From Pontiella sp. (GTDB lineage: Bacteria; Verrucomicrobiota; Kiritimatiellia; Kiritimatiellales; Pontiellaceae), in assembly GCA_050290185.1 (NCBI GenBank), contig JBNKHE010000002.1, positions 128,001-192,000 on the forward strand: DNA of 64,000 bases, in the 5' to 3' direction. Below the pieces are notes generated by a model that saw only the letters and a program-made list of their open reading frames with translations, did no database searches and was not told the origin of the DNA. Every line of letters starts with the position of its first letter. Position 1 is the stretch's first letter. Positions 1 to 8,234 of the stretch are shown here, piece after piece. Made by a program: the position numbers and the translations under genes.

Positions 1-2721
1 GCTGCCTTCCGTTACGGAAGCCATAGCCTGGAATCCGGGGGCTCCGTCGGGATAGCGGCCTTCGGACACCCCGTTCTCCTGGCCGCGGAAGGAGACGGCG
101 TCGATGACGCGCGTCTGGTTGGAATTGACCAGAAAGATCTGTTCACCATCGGCCGATAGCGCAAAGCCAAGTTCGTTCTGATCGAAAGCAAGGAAACCGC
201 GGGCGGCGATGTAGGTACTGTCGGCGATACGGTATTTGTTGGTGCCGGCTTTATCGCTCAGCCATGCTCCGGACAGGTCGATTGGTGCAGCCGTTGTATT
301 GAACAGTTCGACATAATCGATCTGCGGCAAGTCGGTGTGCGCGAGGTATTCGTTGATCACCACGCCGCGGGCGGGTTCGCTGCTATATCCATCGAATGTG
401 CCGGGCGCCCCGCCGATCCGGTCGCTGGCCGACCACGCGCGCGGATCGCCTTCGCCATAGCTCGGATGGCTCAGCACCAGCGAATGGCCCGTGCCGAAGG
501 CGGCCACAGGCCATGGCGCCTTGTCGTTGTAGTCCACCTCCAGCAGGATGCCGTCGAGTTCGTTGCGGAAACGCAGAAGTCCCCCGGAGTTCGACAGCTT
601 GCCGTCGTAGGGGCCGAGGCAATCGACACCGTAGAACGCCTGCGCCGCAACGGGATCCTTGGCCACCACTAGGAACTGGCCCGGAGCCAAGGTCGTGCCG
701 TCGGGGAAGGTGTAGTCGATCTCGCCGCTGAAACGGTGTCTGGTCAGGTCTTCGGTAATCAGGCCGGTGTTGTAGAGTTCGACAAACTCCAGGCTGTTCG
801 TGCCGCCCCATTCGGAGGGCGTGTCGACCATGATTTCGCTGATCACCATCGCGCCGCGGCGGCTGCTCGGTCCCAGCGGTTCGAAGGGAAGCTCCAAGCT
901 CGACGCAATCGCGCCGCTGCCGGTGGACTCGTCACGGTAGTTGGCGGTGATCGCAGTGGAGGTCTCTCCGGAGGCGAGGGCCAATCCCACCTCGATGCTG
1001 CCCGACATGGCAATGGTCGCCGATCCAAGCCGCTGCCACGACGACCCATCGATTCCCGCAAAACCTTCAAACAGGTTTCCGGTTCGGCGCAAGCGTAGCC
1101 ACATGCAGGGAAAACTGGTTGGGAAATATCCTTCCATGCTGGAGGTTCCACCCGTCGAACTGCGCGACATGAATTGACAGCCAACCGGTCCCGGCGTGGT
1201 GAAAACGGCGGCGAACACATCATCCACATCCAGCCCGTCGCGCGCCATCAGCCCCGCCCGCGCCCAGGCATCGGAAAACTCCATACCATCCAGACGCACC
1301 TGTATGTCGAAATCTCCTGAATAGGTTTTATGGCTGAAGCCGAACTCGTCGGCGGCGTCGCCGATTCCGCTGCCCGAGGCCGTGAGATCCACTCCTCCAT
1401 CCACGCCGCCCAAGACACTGGCGCTGCCGGGCGAACCGATGTCGTCCACCACATAGGGTAGAGCCACAAAGGTGGCCTGGCTGTCGGCCGCGATGGTATT
1501 GGCTGAGCTGGAACGGTCCTGCACGGTGGAAACGTGCAGTGTGTAGGTGACGCCGAGGGTTTGCTGGACGGTGTTCAGAATCACGGAAGAGGTATCCTCC
1601 CCGAATACCGCATCGGTGATGGCCAACGATCCAGTGGGCGATGAAATGGAATAGTTACCCGTGTCCAAGGCCATCGCAGGGCTTACGCCCTCGTTGAAGG
1701 CCACTTTGACCCCGTCGGGGAAAATGCTCACGGCGCGAACCAAGACGGGCGCATTGGTGTCGGCAAGAACGGTCAGCGTTGCGCTGCTGCTCGTGTCGAG
1801 ATAGGGAGTACCGAGATAGAGGTTTGCGGCAACGGCATGAAACATCGCCCCGTTGTCGGCCAGCGTGGTTTCCGCGATGGTGTAGCTGGAGTTTGTTGCC
1901 CCTGATATGGGTGAAGAGTTCCTGTACCACTGCACATACACCGGAGGCGTGCCGCTGTACTTGATCTCAAACGAAGCGGAATGGGATTCCTCTACGGTCT
2001 GGCTATCGGGCTGTCCCACGATCCCGACAGGGCCTGTAGCCGCCACATCGGGGCCCCATTCATGGTTTTTCAGTACTTCCGCCGCTGTCAGTGCGCCGTC
2101 GTAGATACGGAACTCGTCTATGCTGCCAAAAAAATATGGATCCGACCAGTTGGACCGGCCGATATAGTTGTTCACCGTGTATCCCATGTCCGAAGGCGCG
2201 ATGGTCATCCCTGTGTTTTGGGCGACAAGTTCACCGTCCACATAGAGCTTGCCGGTCGTTGAGGCATGGTCGTATGTCCAGACCACATGGACAGGAATCC
2301 CGGTCGGGAGACGCGTGCCCGACCATTCCATCCGCTGCTCGCTCCCGCCGTTTTTGATCGCCCCGCGCAACGCACCGGAACTAGCCTGGGGAGTGAGAAA
2401 CATGTTAACGCTTGTGTTGTTGCCAAAATCGAAGATCCGCGCCCAAGTCGAGCTGCCCAAATCGGTTAGCCAGCATTCCACGGTAATCGAATCAAGACTG
2501 GAGAGGAGCCCGTTCGGCAGGTCCACATAGGCCCCGGATCCGTTCAGGTCCACCGAACCTCCACTGATGGACGCACTGCCCTTCAACGTGCCATCCGCCG
2601 TCCCCACCCCATCCGCAACATCGTTGGAAAAGTCGTAGCGATGAAGCAGGTCGGCCCCGAGGGAATGTCCTCCGAGCGCAAGAAATCCAAAAAAAACCAA
2701 CAGCTTTATTCTACGACGCAT
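1..2721 (-). CDS. Large secreted multidomain protein: LamG, Ig-like, ConA-like and at least two lamin-tail domains; 3' end lies outside the window
   Basis: Absent from the ORF track because it has no stop in the window. Manual translation of sampled segments in one frame from ATG 2721 (RBS GGAG): signal peptide MRRRIKLLVFFGFLALGGHSLG; LamG motifs TVECW..WARIFDFG and GRSNWSDPYFFGSIDEFRIY; SGDFDIQVR..AWARAGLMAR; lamin-tail motifs VISEIM..EFVELYN and VVINEYLAH..DYVELFN..GRYPDG. Confidence 0.85.
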   Translation of the reverse strand, partial: MRRRIKLLVFFGFLALGGHSLGADLLHRYDFSNDVADGVGTADGTLKGSASISGGSVDLNGSGAYVDLPNGLLSSLDSITVECWLTDLGSSTWARIFDFGNNTSVNMFLTPQASSGALRGAIKNGGSEQRMEWSGTRLPTGIPVHVVWTYDHASTTGKLYVDGELVAQNTGMTIAPSDMGYTVNNYIGRSNWSDPYFFGSIDEFRIYDGALTAAEVLKNHEWGPDVAATGPVGIVGQPDSQTVEESHSASFEIKYSGTPPVYVQWYRNSSPISGATNSSYTIAETTLADNGAMFHAVAANLYLGTPYLDTSSSATLTVLADTNAPVLVRAVSIFPDGVKVAFNEGVSPAMALDTGNYSISSPTGSLAITDAVFGEDTSSVILNTVQQTLGVTYTLHVSTVQDRSSSANTIAADSQATFVALPYVVDDIGSPGSASVLGGVDGGVDLTASGSGIGDAADEFGFSHKTYSGDFDIQVRLDGMEFSDAWARAGLMARDGLDVDDVFAAVFTTPGPVGCQFMSRSSTGGTSSMEGYFPTSFPCMWLRLRRTGNLFEGFAGIDGSSWQRLGSATIAMSGSIEVGLALASGETSTAITANYRDESTGSGAIASSLELPFEPLGPSSRRGAMVISEIMVDTPSEWGGTNSLEFVELYNTGLITEDLTRHRFSGEIDYTFPDGTTLAPGQFLVVAKDPVAAQAFYGVDCLGPYDGKLSNSGGLLRFRNELDGILLEVDYNDKAPWPVAAFGTGHSLVLSHPSYGEGDPRAWSASDRIGGAPGTFDGYSSEPARGVVINEYLAHTDLPQIDYVELFNTTAAPIDLSGAWLSDKAGTNKYRIADSTYIAARGFLAFDQNELGFALSADGEQIFLVNSNQTRVIDAVSFRGQENGVSEGRYPDGAPGFQAMASVTEGS

Positions 2722-3098
2722 AATAACTCCAAACAGAAATTGTCCACCACACACCGGCCTCCGTTGAAACCCGGAAAGTGAACCCGCATATACTGAAGAT
2801 ATCCAGATGCCAAAAACGATACGTTGTGACGAAACGGGCTCACAGTACACTAACTAGCTCCATACCACATAGCCCTATATATAAATAACGATAAACAGAA
2901 GCCCAAACCCCGCGTGCCTTATTATCTCTTTTAAGCGATTACGGTCGGCTGCCGCCTGGATCGCTCCTGCTTCCGCAACAATTTTGCGCGCATTTTTCCA
3001 GACATTGGAAACGCGCTGCCCTAAGCTCTCAATTCTTGAGAAAAATGAACTTTTCGGGACAGACAGGAACTAATGAACCAACAAAAGATACCCAGTCC

Positions 3099-5477
3099 AT
3101 GAGCGCACACGAAGATACCGACAACGTAGAGATTGAAATCGTACCCGAACAGGAGGTTCCGGACATCCTTCCGGTCATGCCGTTGAAGAACTTTGTCCTG
3201 TTCCCGCAGATGGTTGCCCCGCTGGTGATCACTTCGGACGAGTCGAAGAAGCTGGTGACCGAACTATCGACCCGGACGCCGCATTTCATTACGGCCCTGC
3301 AACGCCGGGACGAGATTGACGAAACCAACATCACGAAGGATGATCTCTATCGCATCGGCTGTGTGGCCCGTCTGATCAAGACCTTGAACTTCCCCGACGG
3401 ATCGACCCATATCCTCGTCGAAGGCCTCTCTCGTTGCGAACTTCAGGATCTGTTGACCGAGGAAGAATACCCGACCGCGCATTATCAGATGATCGAGGAC
3501 GCCAAGGATGACTCGATCGAGCTCGAAGCACTGGCGCGCAATGCGTCCGAAAAATTCCAACAGGTGGTGACGATGTCACCCAACATGCCGGATGAGCTGA
3601 CCATTGCCATCTTCAACATGGGAACCCCATCTCAGCTTTCCGATTTAATTGCCACCAACCTGCCCATTCCTGTTGATGATCGGCAAAAGCTCCTGGCAGA
3701 TAATCACGTGGCCAGCCGGATCAAGACGTTGATGGAGTTCCTCAACCGCGAGCACGAAGTGTTGAAGCTCGGCAACAAGATCCAAAGCAAGGTCAACGAA
3801 ACCTTCTCCAAAACCCAACGCGAAATCTATCTGCGTGAACAGCTCAAAACCATTCAGGAGGAGTTGGGCGAAGACGATCCCCAGACCGCCGAAATTCTTG
3901 AACTGGAAAAGAAACTCGAAGAGGCCAAGCTTCCGGAAGAAGCGCAGAAGGCGGCCGACAAGGAACTGGAGCGGCTAAAGGCCGTTCCCTCCGCCTCGCC
4001 CGAGCACGGGGTGATCCGCACCTATCTAGACGTCATGGCCGAGCTTCCCTGGAACAGGGAAACGGAAGATCAGCTCGATATTCTCGCCGCCCGGAAGATT
4101 CTCGATAAGGATCACTACGGCCTCGAAAAGGTGAAGGAACGTATTCTCGAATACCTCTCCGTGCTCAAGCTCAAGAGGGATATGAAAGGCCCGATCCTCT
4201 GTCTCGCCGGACCGCCCGGCGTCGGCAAGACCTCGCTCGGAAAATCGGTCGCCCGCGCACTCGGACGCGAGTTCGTCCGCATGTCGCTCGGCGGCATGCA
4301 CGATGAAGCCGAAATCCGCGGCCACCGCCGCACCTATATCGGAGCCATGCCCGGTCGTATTATTGAAAGCGTACGGCGTTGCGGTGCGAACAACCCCGTC
4401 TTCATGCTCGATGAGATCGATAAGGTCGGCCAGGATTTCCGCGGAGATCCCGCCTCCGCCCTGCTCGAAGTGCTCGACCCCGAACAGAACAGCACCTTCC
4501 AGGATCACTATCTCGATGTGCAGTTTGACCTTTCCAAAGTGATGTTCATCACCACCGCCAATATGCTCGACACCATCCCCGGCCCGCTGCGCGACCGCAT
4601 GGAAGTCATTCGCCTGCCCGGCTACACCCTGCAGGAAAAGGTTCAGATTGCCCGCCGCTACCTTGTCCCGAAGGCGATTGCCGAGCACGGGCTCAAGAAA
4701 ACGCAGATCAAGTTCTCTCCGGAAGTGCTGGAAAAAATCATCGCCGGCTACACCGCCGAAGCCGGCGTCCGCAACCTCGAACGCCAAATCGCCAACGTGT
4801 GCCGCAAGGTGGCGCGCGGCTTTGCCGAAGGCAAGACCCGCGCGGTCGAGGTCACCGAACGCAAGCTCAAAGGGTTTCTCGGACCGGTGAAGATCGAGAA
4901 GGACGTGGCCGAAAACGCCGCCATGCCCGGCGTCGTGACCGGGCTGGCATGGACGCCCTACGGCGGCGATATTCTGTTCATCGAAGCTACCCGCATGGCC
5001 GGCAAAGGCGGACTGATCCTGACCGGCTCGCTCGGCGACGTCATGAAAGAGTCTGCCCGCGCCGCACTCAGCTATCTCAAGGCGAACGCCTCCACCTTCA
5101 AACTGGATGAAGAGCTGTTTGCCAAGAGCGACATCCATATCCATGTGCCTGCCGGTGCCACGCCGAAAGACGGTCCGTCGGCCGGCGTCGCCATTGCCCT
5201 TTCGATCCTCTCCATGCTGCTCGACCAACCGGTACGGCCCGACCTCGCCATGACCGGTGAGATCACTCTGCGCGGGCGGGTCATCCCCGTCGGAGGCGTG
5301 AAAGAAAAAGTGCTCGCCGCCGCCCGCGCCGGCATCAAGCACATCATGCTTCCGGAAAAAAACAAGGTCGACCTCGCTGAAATCCCGGCCGAGGTGAAAA
5401 AGAAACTGACCTTCAAGACCGTTAAGAATATCGACCAGGCCCTGCGCTATGCGCTGAAACTGTCCGAACAGGAATAA
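3099..5477 (+). CDS. lon: ATP-dependent protease La (Lon)
   Basis: Lon N-domain, Walker A GPPGVGKTS, LDEIDK, catalytic PKDGPSAG and GGVKEK. Start could be 3036, 3045 or 3099. Confidence 0.97.
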   Translation: MSAHEDTDNVEIEIVPEQEVPDILPVMPLKNFVLFPQMVAPLVITSDESKKLVTELSTRTPHFITALQRRDEIDETNITKDDLYRIGCVARLIKTLNFPDGSTHILVEGLSRCELQDLLTEEEYPTAHYQMIEDAKDDSIELEALARNASEKFQQVVTMSPNMPDELTIAIFNMGTPSQLSDLIATNLPIPVDDRQKLLADNHVASRIKTLMEFLNREHEVLKLGNKIQSKVNETFSKTQREIYLREQLKTIQEELGEDDPQTAEILELEKKLEEAKLPEEAQKAADKELERLKAVPSASPEHGVIRTYLDVMAELPWNRETEDQLDILAARKILDKDHYGLEKVKERILEYLSVLKLKRDMKGPILCLAGPPGVGKTSLGKSVARALGREFVRMSLGGMHDEAEIRGHRRTYIGAMPGRIIESVRRCGANNPVFMLDEIDKVGQDFRGDPASALLEVLDPEQNSTFQDHYLDVQFDLSKVMFITTANMLDTIPGPLRDRMEVIRLPGYTLQEKVQIARRYLVPKAIAEHGLKKTQIKFSPEVLEKIIAGYTAEAGVRNLERQIANVCRKVARGFAEGKTRAVEVTERKLKGFLGPVKIEKDVAENAAMPGVVTGLAWTPYGGDILFIEATRMAGKGGLILTGSLGDVMKESARAALSYLKANASTFKLDEELFAKSDIHIHVPAGATPKDGPSAGVAIALSILSMLLDQPVRPDLAMTGEITLRGRVIPVGGVKEKVLAAARAGIKHIMLPEKNKVDLAEIPAEVKKKLTFKTVKNIDQALRYALKLSEQE

Positions 5478-5480
5478 GGA

Positions 5481-5544
5481 AGCCACGGACCAACACGGAT
5501 GAACACCGATCCAGTTCCGTGTTAATCCGTGTTCTTCGGTGACT
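5481..5544. repeat. Inverted tandem-repeat cassette, 10-bp period
   Basis: Left arm cacggaccaa-cacggatgaa-caccgat; right arm ttccgtgtta-atccgtgttc-ttcggtg is its approximate reverse complement. Confidence 0.75.
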
Positions 5545-5563
5545 AATACCAGGAGAACATGTT

Positions 5564-7348
5564 TTGAAAAAGTTGCTGCTGACCAGTTTTGTTTTTCTTT
5601 GCGCCCTTTGTGGTTATTCCAAATCCATGTCGGGCGACGACATTCTGGCGTTTGTCCGCTCCAAGCTGCCAAACGACCCGATCAAGCTTACAGGCACCCT
5701 GAAGGTCAAGGCCAAGAACGGTTTTACCAGCGCCAGCTTGCCCGTGGTGATGGAGCTCGACTGGGGTGCCGCCACGCCGACCGCTTCCTACAAGATCGAC
5801 AAGGAATCGCTCTCGATCGCGTGGAACAACGACAAGCCCAGCTACTCGTTCTCCAATCCCAAGAACAAGCCAACCTCCAACATCCTCGATACCGGCATAA
5901 CGTGGGCCGAGCTCAGCTTCTCCGTCCTCTGGTGGCCGAATGCTAAACTGATCAAGGAGGAGAAAAAAATCAACCGCGACTGCTACGTGGTCGATGTACC
6001 GGTTCCAAACTCGAAAAACACCATGCGCCTTTGGATCGAAAAGAAAATGGGCATGCTACTCGAAGCCCAGACACTCGATCCCAAACAGAACGAACTGAAC
6101 CGCCTGAAAATCGTCAGCATCAAGAAAATGGACGGCATGTGGGTCGCCAAGGACCTTGAACTGCGCGAGAAGAAAACGGGCTCGAAAACCACGCTCGAAA
6201 TTTCCGGTCTCGAATGGAAAAACGGACCGCCAAAAATTGATGAACCGGAAACCGCCAAAGCCTTCGACCCCGCCGAATCCGTCAACGAACTGGCCGTTGA
6301 TCTATACAAAAAGCTCGCTACCGAAAACGACGGAAACCTCTTTTTCTCGCCCTACTCCATCTCCTCCGCCCTCGCCATGACCTATGGCGGCGCACGCGGT
6401 GATACCGCCGAACAGATGAACCAGACACTCCACTTTGGCGGACAAGGCGCAACCCACCCGGCCTTTTCCTATCTGCGCAGAACGCTCAACAACATTCAGG
6501 CCAAGGGACACCTCCAACTCAGCGTCGCCAACGCCCTCTGGCCGCAAAAAGATTATGCCATCCTGCCCGACTACCTCGCCTTCACCAGGGAATTCTACGG
6601 CAGCGAAACCCAACCCTCTGACTACAAGACCGATGCCGAAGGCGTACGGCAAAAAATCAATAGCTGGGTCGAAAGTAAAACCAACGACAAAATCAAGGAC
6701 CTGATCGGCGAAGGCGTGCTCAATCCGCTAACCCGCCTCGTGCTGGTCAACGCCATCTACTTCAAAGGTGATTGGGCCCAACAATTCAAGGAATCCGCCA
6801 CCCGCCCCGCCCCGTTCACGTTGACAGACGGAACCAAGGTCGATGTGCCGATGATGTCGCAAACCGCCGACTTCAAACGAGCCCGCACCGACAAGCTCCA
6901 AGCCCTCGAACTGCCCTACGCAGGCGGCGAGCTTTCCATGATTATCCTGCTTCCGAATCCCGGAGAAAAAATCGAACCGGTTTCCTTGGACGATCTCGAA
7001 TTCCACAAAATGGAAATCAATGTGCAGCTCCCCAAATTCAAACTCGAATCCTCCTTCAGCCTGAACGGCACGTTGGCCGGCATGGGCATGCCGCTCGCCT
7101 TTTCAGATAAAGCCGATTTTTCAGGAATGGACGGCTCGCGAGACCTGTACATTGGTGCAATCGTTCACAGAGCCTTTGTCGAAGTCAACGAACAGGGAAC
7201 GGAAGCGGCCGCGGCCACCGCGGTTGGCATGCAAGTTTACAGTATACCCTCGCAATTCATTGCCGACCATCCGTTTCTGTTCCTCATCCGCGAAAACTCA
7301 ACCGGCACGATCCTGTTCATCGGCCGGGTGATGAATCCCTCAACGTAG
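5564..7348 (+). CDS. Exported fusion of a LolA-like (outer-membrane lipoprotein-sorting) domain and a serpin
   Basis: Signal peptide; N-part with DTGITWAEL, CYVVD, RLWIEKK, IKKMDGMWV typical of LolA-like proteins; C-part with NLFFSPYSI, LVLVNAIYFKGDW, LELPY, LPKFKLE, EVNEQGTEAAAAT, FIADHPFLFLIRE. Confidence 0.88.
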   Translation: MKKLLLTSFVFLCALCGYSKSMSGDDILAFVRSKLPNDPIKLTGTLKVKAKNGFTSASLPVVMELDWGAATPTASYKIDKESLSIAWNNDKPSYSFSNPKNKPTSNILDTGITWAELSFSVLWWPNAKLIKEEKKINRDCYVVDVPVPNSKNTMRLWIEKKMGMLLEAQTLDPKQNELNRLKIVSIKKMDGMWVAKDLELREKKTGSKTTLEISGLEWKNGPPKIDEPETAKAFDPAESVNELAVDLYKKLATENDGNLFFSPYSISSALAMTYGGARGDTAEQMNQTLHFGGQGATHPAFSYLRRTLNNIQAKGHLQLSVANALWPQKDYAILPDYLAFTREFYGSETQPSDYKTDAEGVRQKINSWVESKTNDKIKDLIGEGVLNPLTRLVLVNAIYFKGDWAQQFKESATRPAPFTLTDGTKVDVPMMSQTADFKRARTDKLQALELPYAGGELSMIILLPNPGEKIEPVSLDDLEFHKMEINVQLPKFKLESSFSLNGTLAGMGMPLAFSDKADFSGMDGSRDLYIGAIVHRAFVEVNEQGTEAAAATAVGMQVYSIPSQFIADHPFLFLIRENSTGTILFIGRVMNPST

Positions 7349-7368
7349 ACGCGACGCCCTCGTCGCGT
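7345..7368 (+). repeat. GTAG-type REP-like palindrome
   Basis: GTAG-ACGCGACG-CCCT-CGTCGCGT; its TAG is the serpin stop codon. Confidence 0.6.
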
Positions 7369-7400
7369 TTTACCCCTTAAATGAACGCAGGAGAATACTC

Positions 7401-7778
7401 ATGAACGCCATAGCAAAACTGTTTCTATCCATTGGTTCCATCAGCGGCGCACTGGCCGTATTGCTCGGAGCCTTCGGCGCACACGGCCTGAAGGAAAAAC
7501 TGAGTGCCGAAGTGATGGCCGTCTACAAAACCGCCGTGGAATACCAGTTTTACCACACGCTCGCCCTGTTGATCGTCGGCGTGCTCGCGTTGAACACTCA
7601 GTCAAAACCACTCACCGCCAGCGGCTGGCTGTTCACCGCCGGCATCCTGATCTTTTCCGGCAGCCTCTACGCCCTCAGCATCAGCGGCATCAAATGGCTT
7701 GGCGCCATCACCCCCATCGGCGGCCTTTGCTTCATCGTCGGCTGGGTGCTGCTGGCGGTGGCTGCATTCAAATCGTAA
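7401..7778 (+). CDS. DUF423 (YgdD/TMEM256) membrane protein
   Basis: LGAFGAHGL, TAVEYQFYH, IFSGSLY, GAITPIGG. Confidence 0.93.
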   Translation: MNAIAKLFLSIGSISGALAVLLGAFGAHGLKEKLSAEVMAVYKTAVEYQFYHTLALLIVGVLALNTQSKPLTASGWLFTAGILIFSGSLYALSISGIKWLGAITPIGGLCFIVGWVLLAVAAFKS

Positions 7779-7831
7779 CGCCCGGATCGTTGTAGGCCGA
7801 GTTCCCGACCCGACCCGGCGCGCGTGCACAC

Positions 7832-7868
7832 CGTCAGCAACCTGAGCCGTTCCGCCCCGCACAACTCC
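7832..7868. repeat. 37-bp direct repeat, copy 1 (duplicate of the arsA 3' end)
   Basis: cgtcagcaacctgagccgttccgccccgcacaactcc, identical to 9928-9964. Confidence 0.95.
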
Positions 7869-7891
7869 TCCCCGACCCACGGGGTGAGAAT

Positions 7892-8224
7892 ATGAAATGG
7901 ATCCTTTCCATAGTGATGATTTGCCTGTTTGTGGCAGGTGCCCGGTCAGAGGACTACCGGATCTTTACGGATCCCGAGGGGCGTGTGATCGAGGGACAGA
8001 TTACGTCTTTAAACAGCTAAAAGGGCCAGATCGAAAATGAGCGAAAGGATGGCAAACGGTTGTGGGTTCCGCCCACGGTGTTTTGCACGGAGGATCATCA
8101 GGCATACATCAGGGACTGGGCCGCCGCCTATCGGCTCCTGGGTGATAGCAACTGGATAAGCAAAGCTGGAAATAAATCCGGACGACGATTGACAATTTAC
8201 TGTGTGACGGGATGCGTTGGATGA
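7892..8224 (+). pseudogene. Interrupted, truncated paralog of the downstream SHD1-like secreted protein
   Basis: MKWILSIVMICLFVAGARSEDYRIFTDPEGRVIEGQITSLNS*KGQIENERKDGKRLWVPPTVFCTEDHQAYIRDW; in-frame TAA at 8018-8020; aligns by eye with the N-terminus of 8235-9665. Confidence 0.8.
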
Positions 8225-8234
8225 AGGGGGATCG

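Noticed and set aside
2689..2696. A8 tract in the signal-peptide region as a phase-variation switch
   Set aside because: Short, in frame and explained by Val-Phe-Phe codons; no evidence of variation.
3021..3045. Possible CIRCE operator upstream of lon
   Set aside because: ctc-aattctt-gag does not match TTAGCACTC-N9-GAGTGCTAA in arms or spacing.
4026..5672. 548-aa minus-strand ORF
   Set aside because: Antisense shadow of lon, expected from GC-biased codon usage; no motifs.
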